The notes under the pieces are model-generated. The model had not been told where the DNA came from. It did no database searches and worked only from the letters and a program-made list of their open reading frames with translations. 56,702 nucleotides of DNA from Enterobacteria phage 9g, in the sequence record NC_024146.1. The stretch is one strand, 5' to 3'. Shown here piece after piece: positions 43,788 to 52,453 of the stretch. The stretch's first letter is position 1. Every line of letters starts with the position of its first letter. A program made the translations under genes and the position numbers.

Positions 43788-44170
43788 GATCCCGCGAAAA
43801 GCTAATTGATCACTTACTGCTCGAATGGCAATTGCACAGTTGCCCGCCGGGCAGTAAGACTCCAACAATTAAACATCTCCAGCACGTTAAAAAAGTCACT
43901 GGTAAGACTCCCTCCTTACTAGCAAAGTACGAATCCAGCTCCGTACCGCACGAACTCAGATACATTTACAAGTTATTTCTTGACTTTTATAATGGTGATA
44001 AATTCAGTTACAGCGAATTTAATGCCTGGCAAGATTATATAGATGTAGAACTTGATTTTAGAGAGCGTGAACTAATTCGGCAGATTTGTCTTGAACGGCA
44101 AGCATTTGATATTAGGCGTCAACAAGAACTTATGCAACACGCTCAAACCAATAATAAAGGAGGTAAATAA
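43359..44170 (+). CDS. Predicted gpGT-like frameshift fusion product (-1 shift at 43778-43784)
   Basis: The -1 frame continues ...FLRSREKLIDHLLLEWQLHSCPPGSKTP... through ORF 43832..44170 without a stop; matches the conserved G/GT arrangement upstream of tape-measure genes. Confidence 0.5.
43778..43784 (+). other. Candidate -1 programmed ribosomal frameshift site (T_TTT_TTC)
   Basis: Canonical X_XXY_YYZ heptamer one codon before the gpG-like stop. The -1 frame is open from here to 44170, ending at the tape-measure start (TAATG). Confidence 0.55.
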
Positions 44171-47100
44171 TGGCTGATGCAGCTGACATCGTCATTAGAG
44201 TCCGTGCTGAAGGTATTCAGAATGCTGAAACAGCACTGCGACGCTTGCAAGCGGCAGGTGTAAGAGTTGAGACTGTCAGCTCGCGTATGGAGAATGGTTT
44301 TCACCGTGCGGCTACAAGTGCTGACGCATTCCATCACGCCATTAGTGCAATCTATACGGTAATGACTGTAACCACACTGACATCTTACGTCGGTGGGCTT
44401 GCTAAGTTATCGGATGCGTGGCTGGACGTTACTAACAAACTGGCTAACGCCAACTCTGCAAACGAGCAGATGGTTGATATTCAAGAGCGAGTGTTTGGTA
44501 TTGCTCAAAGAACTCGTACGAGCCTGGAAGCTACGTCAACTCTTTATGCTCGTATGGAACGTTCACTGAACCAGTACGGTGTGACTGGTAGACAGGTTGC
44601 TCAGATCACTGAAACAATTAACAAGGCAATGATTGTTTCTGGTGCAACCACTGCGGAATCTACTGCTGCTATTATCCAGTTCTCACAGGGTCTGCAATCT
44701 GGTGTGTTACGTGGGGATGAATTCCGTTCTGTAATGGAACAAGCTCCTCGTCTTGGTAAGATGATTGCAGATGGTCTTGGTGTTGGTACTGCTGGTCTAC
44801 GTCAGATGGCTAACACTGGACAATTAACCGCTGATGTTGTTATTAACTCCATTTCTAAAGCTGCATCAACTATTGACGATGAGTTTAATCGTACAATACC
44901 AACGTTCTCTCAGCGAATGGAGATTGCGAATAACAACTTAATTAAATTCGCGGGAACGTCAACCTCGGTACAAACTGTGGTCAATTCAATGGGTGCTGTC
45001 ATTGAAACTGCTACAGACCACCTCACCTTGCTGTCTAATACCGCAATCGGTGTTGCTGCTATTGTTGGCGGTCGAATGATTACCGCCCTGGCCGCACAAA
45101 TTGCAGCATTCATAAAGCTCAACGCGATACAAGCAAGTAGCTCGGCCATAAATATCAAGACCATTGATGGTATCACAAGATCCGCAGTAGCTCGATATAA
45201 TGAAGCACAAGCAACGTTAGCACAGGTTGCAGCCGAGCGCACCAAGATTCAGGCGGCATTGCAAGCCGATCAAACGTATTATAAAGGTATAGCGACACTC
45301 AACGCATACATGCAGAATACGCGGCAGGTACGCGAAGCTACGGAAGCGGTTGCTATTGCCCAGACTACCATGCAGGCACGTATGGCTGCCGCAACTGTAG
45401 CGTCCCGTGTGCTTACTGTCACCATGACAGGCCTGCGGACGGTAATGGGCTTGATGGGTGGACCTGTAGGTGTGGTCACATTGGCTGCTGCCGCATGGTT
45501 CATGTGGAGTCAAAACAGTAAACAAGCTGTCCAGGATGCACAGAACCTTGCTTCCTCTCAAGAAGATTTAAAGAACAAGTTAAAAGAAACAACTCTTGAA
45601 CAACAACGAGCTCTTAGTGTTCAGTTGCAACGTGCCGCTATTACGTTGGACGAACAGATTGCCTCTGAAAACAAGGAGTTGGCTGAATTAAAGAACCGTC
45701 TCAGCACAGTAACGCGCTATCAAGCTGAAGCAACTGAAGGAACAAGCGAGTATAACCGACTCACTAAAGACCGTAAGGAATTAGAAGGTGATGTTGCTAT
45801 CAAAATTGGTGAAATATCCACTCTTGAGCAAAAAGCACAACAGATTAAATCTAACTTAACGACTGTACTGAACAATTTAACTGCTGCTGTAATGGGTCAT
45901 ACTGATGCACTCAAAGCAGAAAACGAGCAGTTATCTATTAATATCAGTTCTGCTGCCGGTCGTTCGCAGGAGCTAGTTAGTGCAATCCAAGCTCAGAATA
46001 ATGAGTTAGATGTTGCTCAATTGAAGATGTCTGGTCATGCACGACAAGCGAACATCTTAAGAGATGCTCAGACAGCTCTTGGTAAGAAGTATAAAGAAAA
46101 CGAATCATTCATCAAGAGCTATATTAGCGGTCATGCTGACGCAACTGCTGTATTAACGGATGAGCAACGAGGACTGGTTGAATTTATCAACTTGTCTGGA
46201 AAGAACTATGACGCTCAGAAGAAGATCCATGAACAGCAAGAAAAACAACGTCAGAGTAAGAAAGACAATAAAGCTGCCATACGCTATGCTGAACAATGGG
46301 ATAAAGCATATGAACGCGTAGAAGCGCGTGGTGCTACTGGTTTACAGCGTCTTAACTTACAGCAAGAAGCTGAAGTTCGTGCCATTCGTAATAAAGCTGA
46401 ACGAGCTAAAGCATCTGAAGAAGAATTACAGAACGCGTTACTGGCTATCCAACGTAAGTATGATCTGAAACGTGCAGAACTGGCAGAGCAGTACAAGCCA
46501 GGCGTTGCAATGGTGCGTGCGTACAAAGAAGCCCAACAAGAAATAAATCAGTTGCTTGAAGCTGGTTTATTGACAGAGCAACAGGCATATACTGCTAGAT
46601 TGAATTTGCAGGCGGATTATTATACAAAACGTGCGCAGATGCAATCTGAATTGAACCCTGCTGGACAAGCTGCTGATCAAGAAGCTGCTGAACTTGCAAC
46701 ACTTAAATCCCAGTATGAAACAGCGATTGAATTAGCTGCTGGCAAAGAAGAGCAACTAACCGCTATCAAAGAGAACTATGAGCGCATACGACACGACATT
46801 CAGTTGAAGTACGCTCAGAAGCAGATGCTCGCACAGAACCAGACGGCAATGGCTTACATTGAAAGTCTGAGCTCTATGGCTGGGTCAATGACCACAATTA
46901 TGGCGGCTGCTGGTGATGACGCTAGTGGTGCTTACAGGGTTATGTTCGCACTGTCTAAATCGTTCAGTATTGCTCAGTCGATGTTAAGTATTACCACCGC
47001 ACTATCGCAGGTGTTAGCAGATCCGACAGCATTGACACCGATGCAAAAGATGGCCAACTATGCAACTATTGCGGCCGCTGGTGCTAACATTATTTCGACA

Positions 47101-47430
47101 TTATCCAGTGTTGCTCTTACTGGTATGGCTCACGATGGTATAGCCAACGTTCCAGAAGAGGGTACGTGGCTTCTCAATAAAGGTGAACGAGTTCTTAGTC
47201 CCCAACAGAACGCGGACTTTACTAACTTTATGAAGGGTCAATCAAATACTGGCAATAATTCGGGTGGGGGTGTTATCATTAACCAGAACTTTAACATCCA
47301 GGGTAATGGTGATGCAGCTTTGAAAAGCGCAGTTCAACAAGCTGCGAGAGATGGCGCCCAGCAAGGTTATAACATGGTACTCCAAGACTTTGCTAACCGT
47401 GGATCAATTAGAAAATTAGCGTTGGGGTAA
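44170..47430 (+). CDS. Tail tape measure protein
   Basis: 1086 aa, largely alpha-helical and repetitive, AAGGAGG upstream, located between the G/GT chaperone and the distal tail genes. Confidence 0.9.
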   Translation: MADAADIVIRVRAEGIQNAETALRRLQAAGVRVETVSSRMENGFHRAATSADAFHHAISAIYTVMTVTTLTSYVGGLAKLSDAWLDVTNKLANANSANEQMVDIQERVFGIAQRTRTSLEATSTLYARMERSLNQYGVTGRQVAQITETINKAMIVSGATTAESTAAIIQFSQGLQSGVLRGDEFRSVMEQAPRLGKMIADGLGVGTAGLRQMANTGQLTADVVINSISKAASTIDDEFNRTIPTFSQRMEIANNNLIKFAGTSTSVQTVVNSMGAVIETATDHLTLLSNTAIGVAAIVGGRMITALAAQIAAFIKLNAIQASSSAINIKTIDGITRSAVARYNEAQATLAQVAAERTKIQAALQADQTYYKGIATLNAYMQNTRQVREATEAVAIAQTTMQARMAAATVASRVLTVTMTGLRTVMGLMGGPVGVVTLAAAAWFMWSQNSKQAVQDAQNLASSQEDLKNKLKETTLEQQRALSVQLQRAAITLDEQIASENKELAELKNRLSTVTRYQAEATEGTSEYNRLTKDRKELEGDVAIKIGEISTLEQKAQQIKSNLTTVLNNLTAAVMGHTDALKAENEQLSINISSAAGRSQELVSAIQAQNNELDVAQLKMSGHARQANILRDAQTALGKKYKENESFIKSYISGHADATAVLTDEQRGLVEFINLSGKNYDAQKKIHEQQEKQRQSKKDNKAAIRYAEQWDKAYERVEARGATGLQRLNLQQEAEVRAIRNKAERAKASEEELQNALLAIQRKYDLKRAELAEQYKPGVAMVRAYKEAQQEINQLLEAGLLTEQQAYTARLNLQADYYTKRAQMQSELNPAGQAADQEAAELATLKSQYETAIELAAGKEEQLTAIKENYERIRHDIQLKYAQKQMLAQNQTAMAYIESLSSMAGSMTTIMAAAGDDASGAYRVMFALSKSFSIAQSMLSITTALSQVLADPTALTPMQKMANYATIAAAGANIISTLSSVALTGMAHDGIANVPEEGTWLLNKGERVLSPQQNADFTNFMKGQSNTGNNSGGGVIINQNFNIQGNGDAALKSAVQQAARDGAQQGYNMVLQDFANRGSIRKLALG

Positions 47431-47432
47431 AG

Positions 47433-48023
47433 ATGGCGATATTAACCTGGCCTGAAGCCTTAAGACCTTCTACGATGGACTGGGATCTCGTATCTAACTC
47501 TGTAAAATTTACAAGTCCCTTCAACGGGGCTTCACAGGTTGTAGGATATCCAGGATCACGTTGGAAGGCGAGTCTTAAATTTAATAACTTGGACGATTGG
47601 GAATCCCGAAAGTTGGAAGTCCTTATCGCTAAGTTGGACGGCATGGTTGGCATGATAAAGTTGCACGACTTCGGTAGATGGGGACGTCCACCAGTTGGGA
47701 CACCTGTGGTCAAAGGAGCAAATAATACCGGGACACAGATACAGTCAAGCGGTTGGCTCGCTAAACGCCTTGTTCTACAAGAAGGTGATTACATTACTGT
47801 CAATAACGAACTTAAACTTGTTACAGAAGATGTATGGAGCGACGCCAGTGGTCTTGCTACGGTGTACTTTGCACCTATGTTAAGAAATGTTCCACCTGAC
47901 GGAGCTAAGATAGAGACTGAAAACCCGTTTGGATTGTTTCGTTTATCTGATAACACAAATGGTGTGTCCCGTCAACCTGCATTCAATAACTCGTTCACGT
48001 TAGAGTTTGAGGAGACTTTTTAA
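47433..48023 (+). CDS. Minor tail protein (gpM-like position)
   Basis: 196 aa directly after the tape measure. Confidence 0.6.
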   Translation: MAILTWPEALRPSTMDWDLVSNSVKFTSPFNGASQVVGYPGSRWKASLKFNNLDDWESRKLEVLIAKLDGMVGMIKLHDFGRWGRPPVGTPVVKGANNTGTQIQSSGWLAKRLVLQEGDYITVNNELKLVTEDVWSDASGLATVYFAPMLRNVPPDGAKIETENPFGLFRLSDNTNGVSRQPAFNNSFTLEFEETF

Positions 48024-48608
48024 ATGATATTTAGTCCGTTCAGTGACTCTTTATTGGACTCTATGGAACAACCTAGCGTCACGATGATAATTGCAGTTGC
48101 AATTTATTTTGATTCAGGAACAACAAGAGTCCACTCTGGTACTGGCGTATTATCTATTGATGGTCAGACATTCGTTGGTGTCGGTAATCTTGGTGATGTA
48201 GGTGGTGTCACGGAAGAGAATACTACCAGTGCAAGTACGATGTCTCTTACATTAAGTGGACTTGATATGACACTTGTTGGGCAGACACTCAATGAAAACT
48301 GCGTAGGGCGCGATGTGAAATGTTATATCGCTACTATGGATGAAAGAGGGCAGGTGACTAACGCCAACGTCCTCTTTGAAGGTTTTATTAGTGATACTGC
48401 AATGCAAGCGGGCACAACAAACGCTATCACATATACGGTGTCAAATATATTTGAAAAGTGGTCTTCCGGTATACCGGATCGTTATACGGATGAAAGCCAA
48501 CAACGATTACATCCAGGAGATCGTTTCTTTAGATATGTTGCACAAATGGCAGAGCGTTCAATCTATTGGGGAAGTAAAAAAGATGCACCAGGATTCAGTT
48601 ACCAGTAA
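48024..48608 (+). CDS. Minor tail protein (gpL-like position)
   Basis: 194 aa, GAGGAG upstream. Confidence 0.6.
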   Translation: MIFSPFSDSLLDSMEQPSVTMIIAVAIYFDSGTTRVHSGTGVLSIDGQTFVGVGNLGDVGGVTEENTTSASTMSLTLSGLDMTLVGQTLNENCVGRDVKCYIATMDERGQVTNANVLFEGFISDTAMQAGTTNAITYTVSNIFEKWSSGIPDRYTDESQQRLHPGDRFFRYVAQMAERSIYWGSKKDAPGFSYQ

Positions 48609-49017
48609 GACTCCAGGTTGGCAGATGCGCTTGCTAACCACAGTTAACTCGCTCAAAGAAGTACCTTTTCAATGGGGCCAAAACGATTGCTGCATCTTTG
48701 CCGCTAAGTGTATTGATGCTCAATATGGTACAAAGATTGCGGATGAAGTTGTCGGTCAGTATGACTCAGAGATTAGCTGTAAACGCTTTATGCTAAAACG
48801 AGTCAAAGACACATCCCTAGCAATGGTTCTGGATTCATTCCTACCAGTTCGTGTAGACAGAAAGTTTGCTCAACGCGGTGACGTAGTGACATTTAACGGG
48901 GATCTTGGCTTAACTGCCGGGGTACTGTGGACAGGTTGCATCTGGGCGATGGGTCCGAATGGTGTTGTTACCTTTAAACTGGCGGACGTCGAAATCACAG
49001 ACGCGTGGAGGGTGTAA
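48583..49017 (+). CDS. Tail assembly protein with NlpC/P60-like motif (gpK-like)
   Basis: Start moved to the internal ATG at 48583. Contains QNDCCIFAAKCI (cf. NlpC/P60 DCSG Cys) and RGDVVTFNGDLG. Confidence 0.55.
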   Translation: MHQDSVTSKTPGWQMRLLTTVNSLKEVPFQWGQNDCCIFAAKCIDAQYGTKIADEVVGQYDSEISCKRFMLKRVKDTSLAMVLDSFLPVRVDRKFAQRGDVVTFNGDLGLTAGVLWTGCIWAMGPNGVVTFKLADVEITDAWRV

Positions 49018-52000
49018 ATGCCACCAGCAATAATTGGAGCTGTAGTTGCTATCGGTGCAGCGGCTGGGGCAGCGGCAGGTATTCTCCCAGCCACTGCCGC
49101 GCTTGTGATTGGTATTGCTGCCAGTGCCGCTGGAGCTCTACTTACAAAAACTCAGAGCTTTAACTTTGACTCCTATACAGCTCAGAGTGAGCGTAAACAG
49201 GTTATTCGTGCTGCTGCTGCATCCCGGACAGTGATTTATGGGACGACTGTATCTAGTGGTGTACTTGTATTTGCAGAAGAAGAACCGGGAGAACAGGATA
49301 CCAATAAACATGGTGAGAACCATGAAAAGCTGACGTTGGTTCTTGCATTGGCAGGCCATCCGCTGACAGGCGTAGGACAAGTGTGGTTAGGTGATGACGC
49401 TATCGAGACTTTTGGTGATAAAGCGAAGTGTATAATACATAATAATCCTACTACCGTTAGTCAGGATATGTTGAATCGTTGCCCATCGTGGAAAAGGGAC
49501 ATGATTGGTAAAGGTATTTGCTGGATGCAATTAAACCTTGTGTTCGATTCTGAAAAATTCCCGTCTGGTCTACCTAACGTTAAATGCCTTAAGAAAGGTC
49601 GTAAGGTATTAGATCCTAGAACTGGTAATATGGTATTTAGCAATAACGCAGCTTTAGTCATTCTGGATTACTTACGAGTGTACTTAAAACGCTCTGATGA
49701 CGCAATTCTTTGGGACCAGTTCAAAGAAGCTGCTAATATCTGTGATGAAAGTGTAAAGAACGCGGACAACACATACGAACCTCGTTACACCATAAATGGT
49801 GAGTTTGATATTGATGAAGCTCCCTCTAAGATTTTGGAGGATATGCTTGACGCTTGTGGTGGCGAGTTAACTTACATTGGCGGTAAACATGGTATTCTTG
49901 TTGGTGCATATTATGGTCCACCTGAATTAACACTGGATACAAGTTGTATTGCTGGTGACATTAAAATCACACCTGAAACAGCTTTCAAAGAACGCACAAA
50001 TACAATCACTGGTACTTATATAGATCCTCTGCAAAATTATCAGGAAGCTGACTTCCCTCCTGTAAGTGTCGCAGAATGGATACAACAAGACGGCCAAGAG
50101 ATCACACAGGACGTAGACTATCGTTTTGTAACAAGCCCATACCAGGCACAACGTCTGTCTAACTTAACATTGAAACGCAAACGTATTGGCCGTTCCATAG
50201 AGATACCATGTAACATGCGTGGGTATCGTTTCCGTCCAGGTATGTACGTTTACGTTGACATTCCTAACATTGGAATGAACAAAGTAGAGATGCGTGTTAT
50301 TAAGTGGCAGTTTGATCCGAAAGGTGGTGTTACTGTAACTGTACGCCAAGACTTCCCGGCCTTATGGGACGATGCAATTGGCAAACCTGTAGAGCGTCCA
50401 GATTTAGTGGATTTGCCTACTGGTGGCGCTATGCAACCTCAGAATTTGCAGTATGAAGTCTTGCAGATCAGCGACGTTGTACAAGGTGTGCTGTCGTGGC
50501 AAAATATAATGGCTGTAGCCTACAACAACGTAGTAATTAAGAAAGATGGTACTACCGTATTGACGGTGCAAGTACCGGGCCAGAGCACGCGGATTACAGG
50601 GCTTATTCGCGGCGCTTATACAGCACATGTGAAAGCTGTAGCGTATACCGGCGCAACAAGTCCAGAAGCGTATCTTGAATTCAATATTCAAGCACCTTCC
50701 GCTCCTACGTCTGTTGAAGTAACGCAAGGCTACTTCGCAGTGACATTGAAACCAAAATCTGCGGATCTAGCGAACGTTAGTACACAATATGATTTCTGGA
50801 CGTCCGGTGAAACAAGATTACCATCCACTGCTGTAGACGTGGTAGAGAGACAAGCCACTCGTGCTGGTATGGGTACAACGTGGACTTCAGAAGGGTTGCT
50901 CAATGACCACACTTATTACTGGTATGTGCGGGCAATTAATGCTTTTGGTTCTTCTGCATTTGTAGAGGTGGCTGCAAGATGCTTCACAGATGCTGCTGGC
51001 CTTATTCCGCAGATTGACACAGAGTTCAAAGGTACTAACACCTATAAAGAACTTATGGCTGAGATTGGAAGCGTCAGCGATGGTGTCAAGAGTTATGTGG
51101 ACGACCAAATTGAAACCTCTGAAGGGCGCTTAACTCAAACAATAGATACAGTGCAACAATCTGTAGTTCTTGTTGACGGTAAAGTGCAGCAACAAGGCGT
51201 CACAATCAATGAACAGGGGCAGTTAATAGATGCTCAGGGTAAGTTGATTCAAACAAACGGCCAACAGATTAATGTGGTCAAAGCTACCGTACAGGAAGTC
51301 AGTAAGTCCGTTGTAGATCTTGAAGGTAACGTTAACGCTCAGTGGGGCGCCAAGATCCAGGTGGATAATAAAGGCCAAAAATACGTTGCCGGTATTCAGT
51401 TAGGTATGGAAGGTTCCGGTGGAGCTATCCAATCTTACTTTATGGTCAACGCCAACAACTTTGCTATCTATAACCCAACTGACAGTACAGCGGATTTAGC
51501 ATTTGCAGTTAAGAACGGTCAAGTGTTCATGAAGGCAACGTTCATTGAGAACGGGTCTATTGATAACGCTAAGATTGGTAACTATATTCAATCTAACAAC
51601 TATGTAGCTGGTTCCGCAGGTTGGAAGTTGAATAAAGCTGGTGACGCTGAATTCAATAACGTAACTGTCAGAGGTGTGGTATATGCTAGTGGCGGTAGAT
51701 TTACTGGTGAGATACAAGCAACAAGCGGTAAGTTCAAAGGAACTGTAGAAGCGCAAAGTTTTATCGGGGACATTGCAAATATGCACACAGGGACGAATGT
51801 GAGTCGGACTAATGATGGATCTTTAGAAAAGGTAATGACTTATACGGATTCATCCAGTTCTGGGCACGCAAGACACGTCTGTGTTATAGCAAACGTTAAA
51901 GGTAATGGTGCGGGAATAATCAATATCAACGGTAGTGAGAGTGGTTCATCCGTGCAAGACACAGAGAGACTTATCATGCATTCTGCGGTTGTGACAGGAC

Positions 52001-52107
52001 CAAACGTGACAGTTCGTATTAAAGTGTCCGCTCAAAATGGCAGGGGTGCGTCCATTTCTTCTCCTACTATCATAGTATCACACGGATCTGGATCATTCAC
52101 AGGTTAA
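49018..52107 (+). CDS. Tail tip/host specificity protein (lambda gpJ-like) with N-terminal gpI-like hydrophobic Gly/Ala-rich segment
   Basis: 1029 aa. YYWYVRAINAFGSSAFVEV and KYVAGIQLGMEGSGG...NNFAIYNP resemble lambda J (YYFYIRSVNTVGKSAFVEA; HYVAGIGLSMED...NRIAFIDP) as remembered. N-terminus begins MPPAIIGAVVAIGAAAGAAAGIL. Confidence 0.85.
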   Translation: MPPAIIGAVVAIGAAAGAAAGILPATAALVIGIAASAAGALLTKTQSFNFDSYTAQSERKQVIRAAAASRTVIYGTTVSSGVLVFAEEEPGEQDTNKHGENHEKLTLVLALAGHPLTGVGQVWLGDDAIETFGDKAKCIIHNNPTTVSQDMLNRCPSWKRDMIGKGICWMQLNLVFDSEKFPSGLPNVKCLKKGRKVLDPRTGNMVFSNNAALVILDYLRVYLKRSDDAILWDQFKEAANICDESVKNADNTYEPRYTINGEFDIDEAPSKILEDMLDACGGELTYIGGKHGILVGAYYGPPELTLDTSCIAGDIKITPETAFKERTNTITGTYIDPLQNYQEADFPPVSVAEWIQQDGQEITQDVDYRFVTSPYQAQRLSNLTLKRKRIGRSIEIPCNMRGYRFRPGMYVYVDIPNIGMNKVEMRVIKWQFDPKGGVTVTVRQDFPALWDDAIGKPVERPDLVDLPTGGAMQPQNLQYEVLQISDVVQGVLSWQNIMAVAYNNVVIKKDGTTVLTVQVPGQSTRITGLIRGAYTAHVKAVAYTGATSPEAYLEFNIQAPSAPTSVEVTQGYFAVTLKPKSADLANVSTQYDFWTSGETRLPSTAVDVVERQATRAGMGTTWTSEGLLNDHTYYWYVRAINAFGSSAFVEVAARCFTDAAGLIPQIDTEFKGTNTYKELMAEIGSVSDGVKSYVDDQIETSEGRLTQTIDTVQQSVVLVDGKVQQQGVTINEQGQLIDAQGKLIQTNGQQINVVKATVQEVSKSVVDLEGNVNAQWGAKIQVDNKGQKYVAGIQLGMEGSGGAIQSYFMVNANNFAIYNPTDSTADLAFAVKNGQVFMKATFIENGSIDNAKIGNYIQSNNYVAGSAGWKLNKAGDAEFNNVTVRGVVYASGGRFTGEIQATSGKFKGTVEAQSFIGDIANMHTGTNVSRTNDGSLEKVMTYTDSSSSGHARHVCVIANVKGNGAGIININGSESGSSVQDTERLIMHSAVVTGPNVTVRIKVSAQNGRGASISSPTIIVSHGSGSFTG

Positions 52108-52110
52108 ACT

Positions 52111-52134
52111 ATTAACCCCTCGAAAGAGGGGTTA
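52111..52134. terminator. Perfect 10-bp palindromic hairpin between convergent genes
   Basis: ttaacccctc GAAA gaggggttaa; sits between the J-like gene stop (52107) and the minus-strand lipoprotein stop (52139). Confidence 0.5.
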
Positions 52135-52138
52135 ATGT

Positions 52139-52372
52139 TTAGTAGTCTATAACACAGTTTGAAGGGCTCCCAATTCTTCGGTATTCGTGAGCAATCTCCT
52201 GGCACCATTGCCCCGTCATTGGGAGCTTTTCGGTATCGTAAATTAAAGAACCGTTATCGTCCCGATCCAATGGTTTTGGGATAACGCCGGAATTCGGTTT
52301 ACCGGTATCTAAGCCATTACCACATGCGGTGAGGGATAAACAAAATGTGAGCATAATCAGAGCGCGTTTCAT
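52139..52372 (-). CDS. Small lipoprotein, candidate Llp/Cor-like superinfection-exclusion factor
   Basis: 77 aa. Signal peptide and lipobox [17 protein letters not shown]; AAGGAG 6 nt upstream; the only minus-strand gene in the structural block, between tip and fibre genes. Confidence 0.65.
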   Translation of the reverse strand: MKRALIMLTFCLSLTACGNGLDTGKPNSGVIPKPLDRDDNGSLIYDTEKLPMTGQWCQEIAHEYRRIGSPSNCVIDY

Positions 52373-52453
52373 TGGGACTCCTTTGTGTTGTTGACAGGGT
52401 TGAATTTCAATATACTTGTTGTGTTGAGTAAGCTAAATAAAGCGAGAAACATT

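Noticed and set aside
44910-45561. Minus-strand ORFs inside the tape-measure gene (44910..45245, 44986..45210, 45217..45561, 45279..45503)
   Set aside because: Antisense to a long, clearly coding gene; no SD; Cys/His/Arg-rich junk composition.
52385-52453. GTG start at 52385 for the tail fibre gene (N-terminal [23 protein letters not shown])
   Set aside because: No SD, and it would overlap the lipoprotein promoter region; the first ATG at 52454 is preferred, though the GTG start cannot be excluded.
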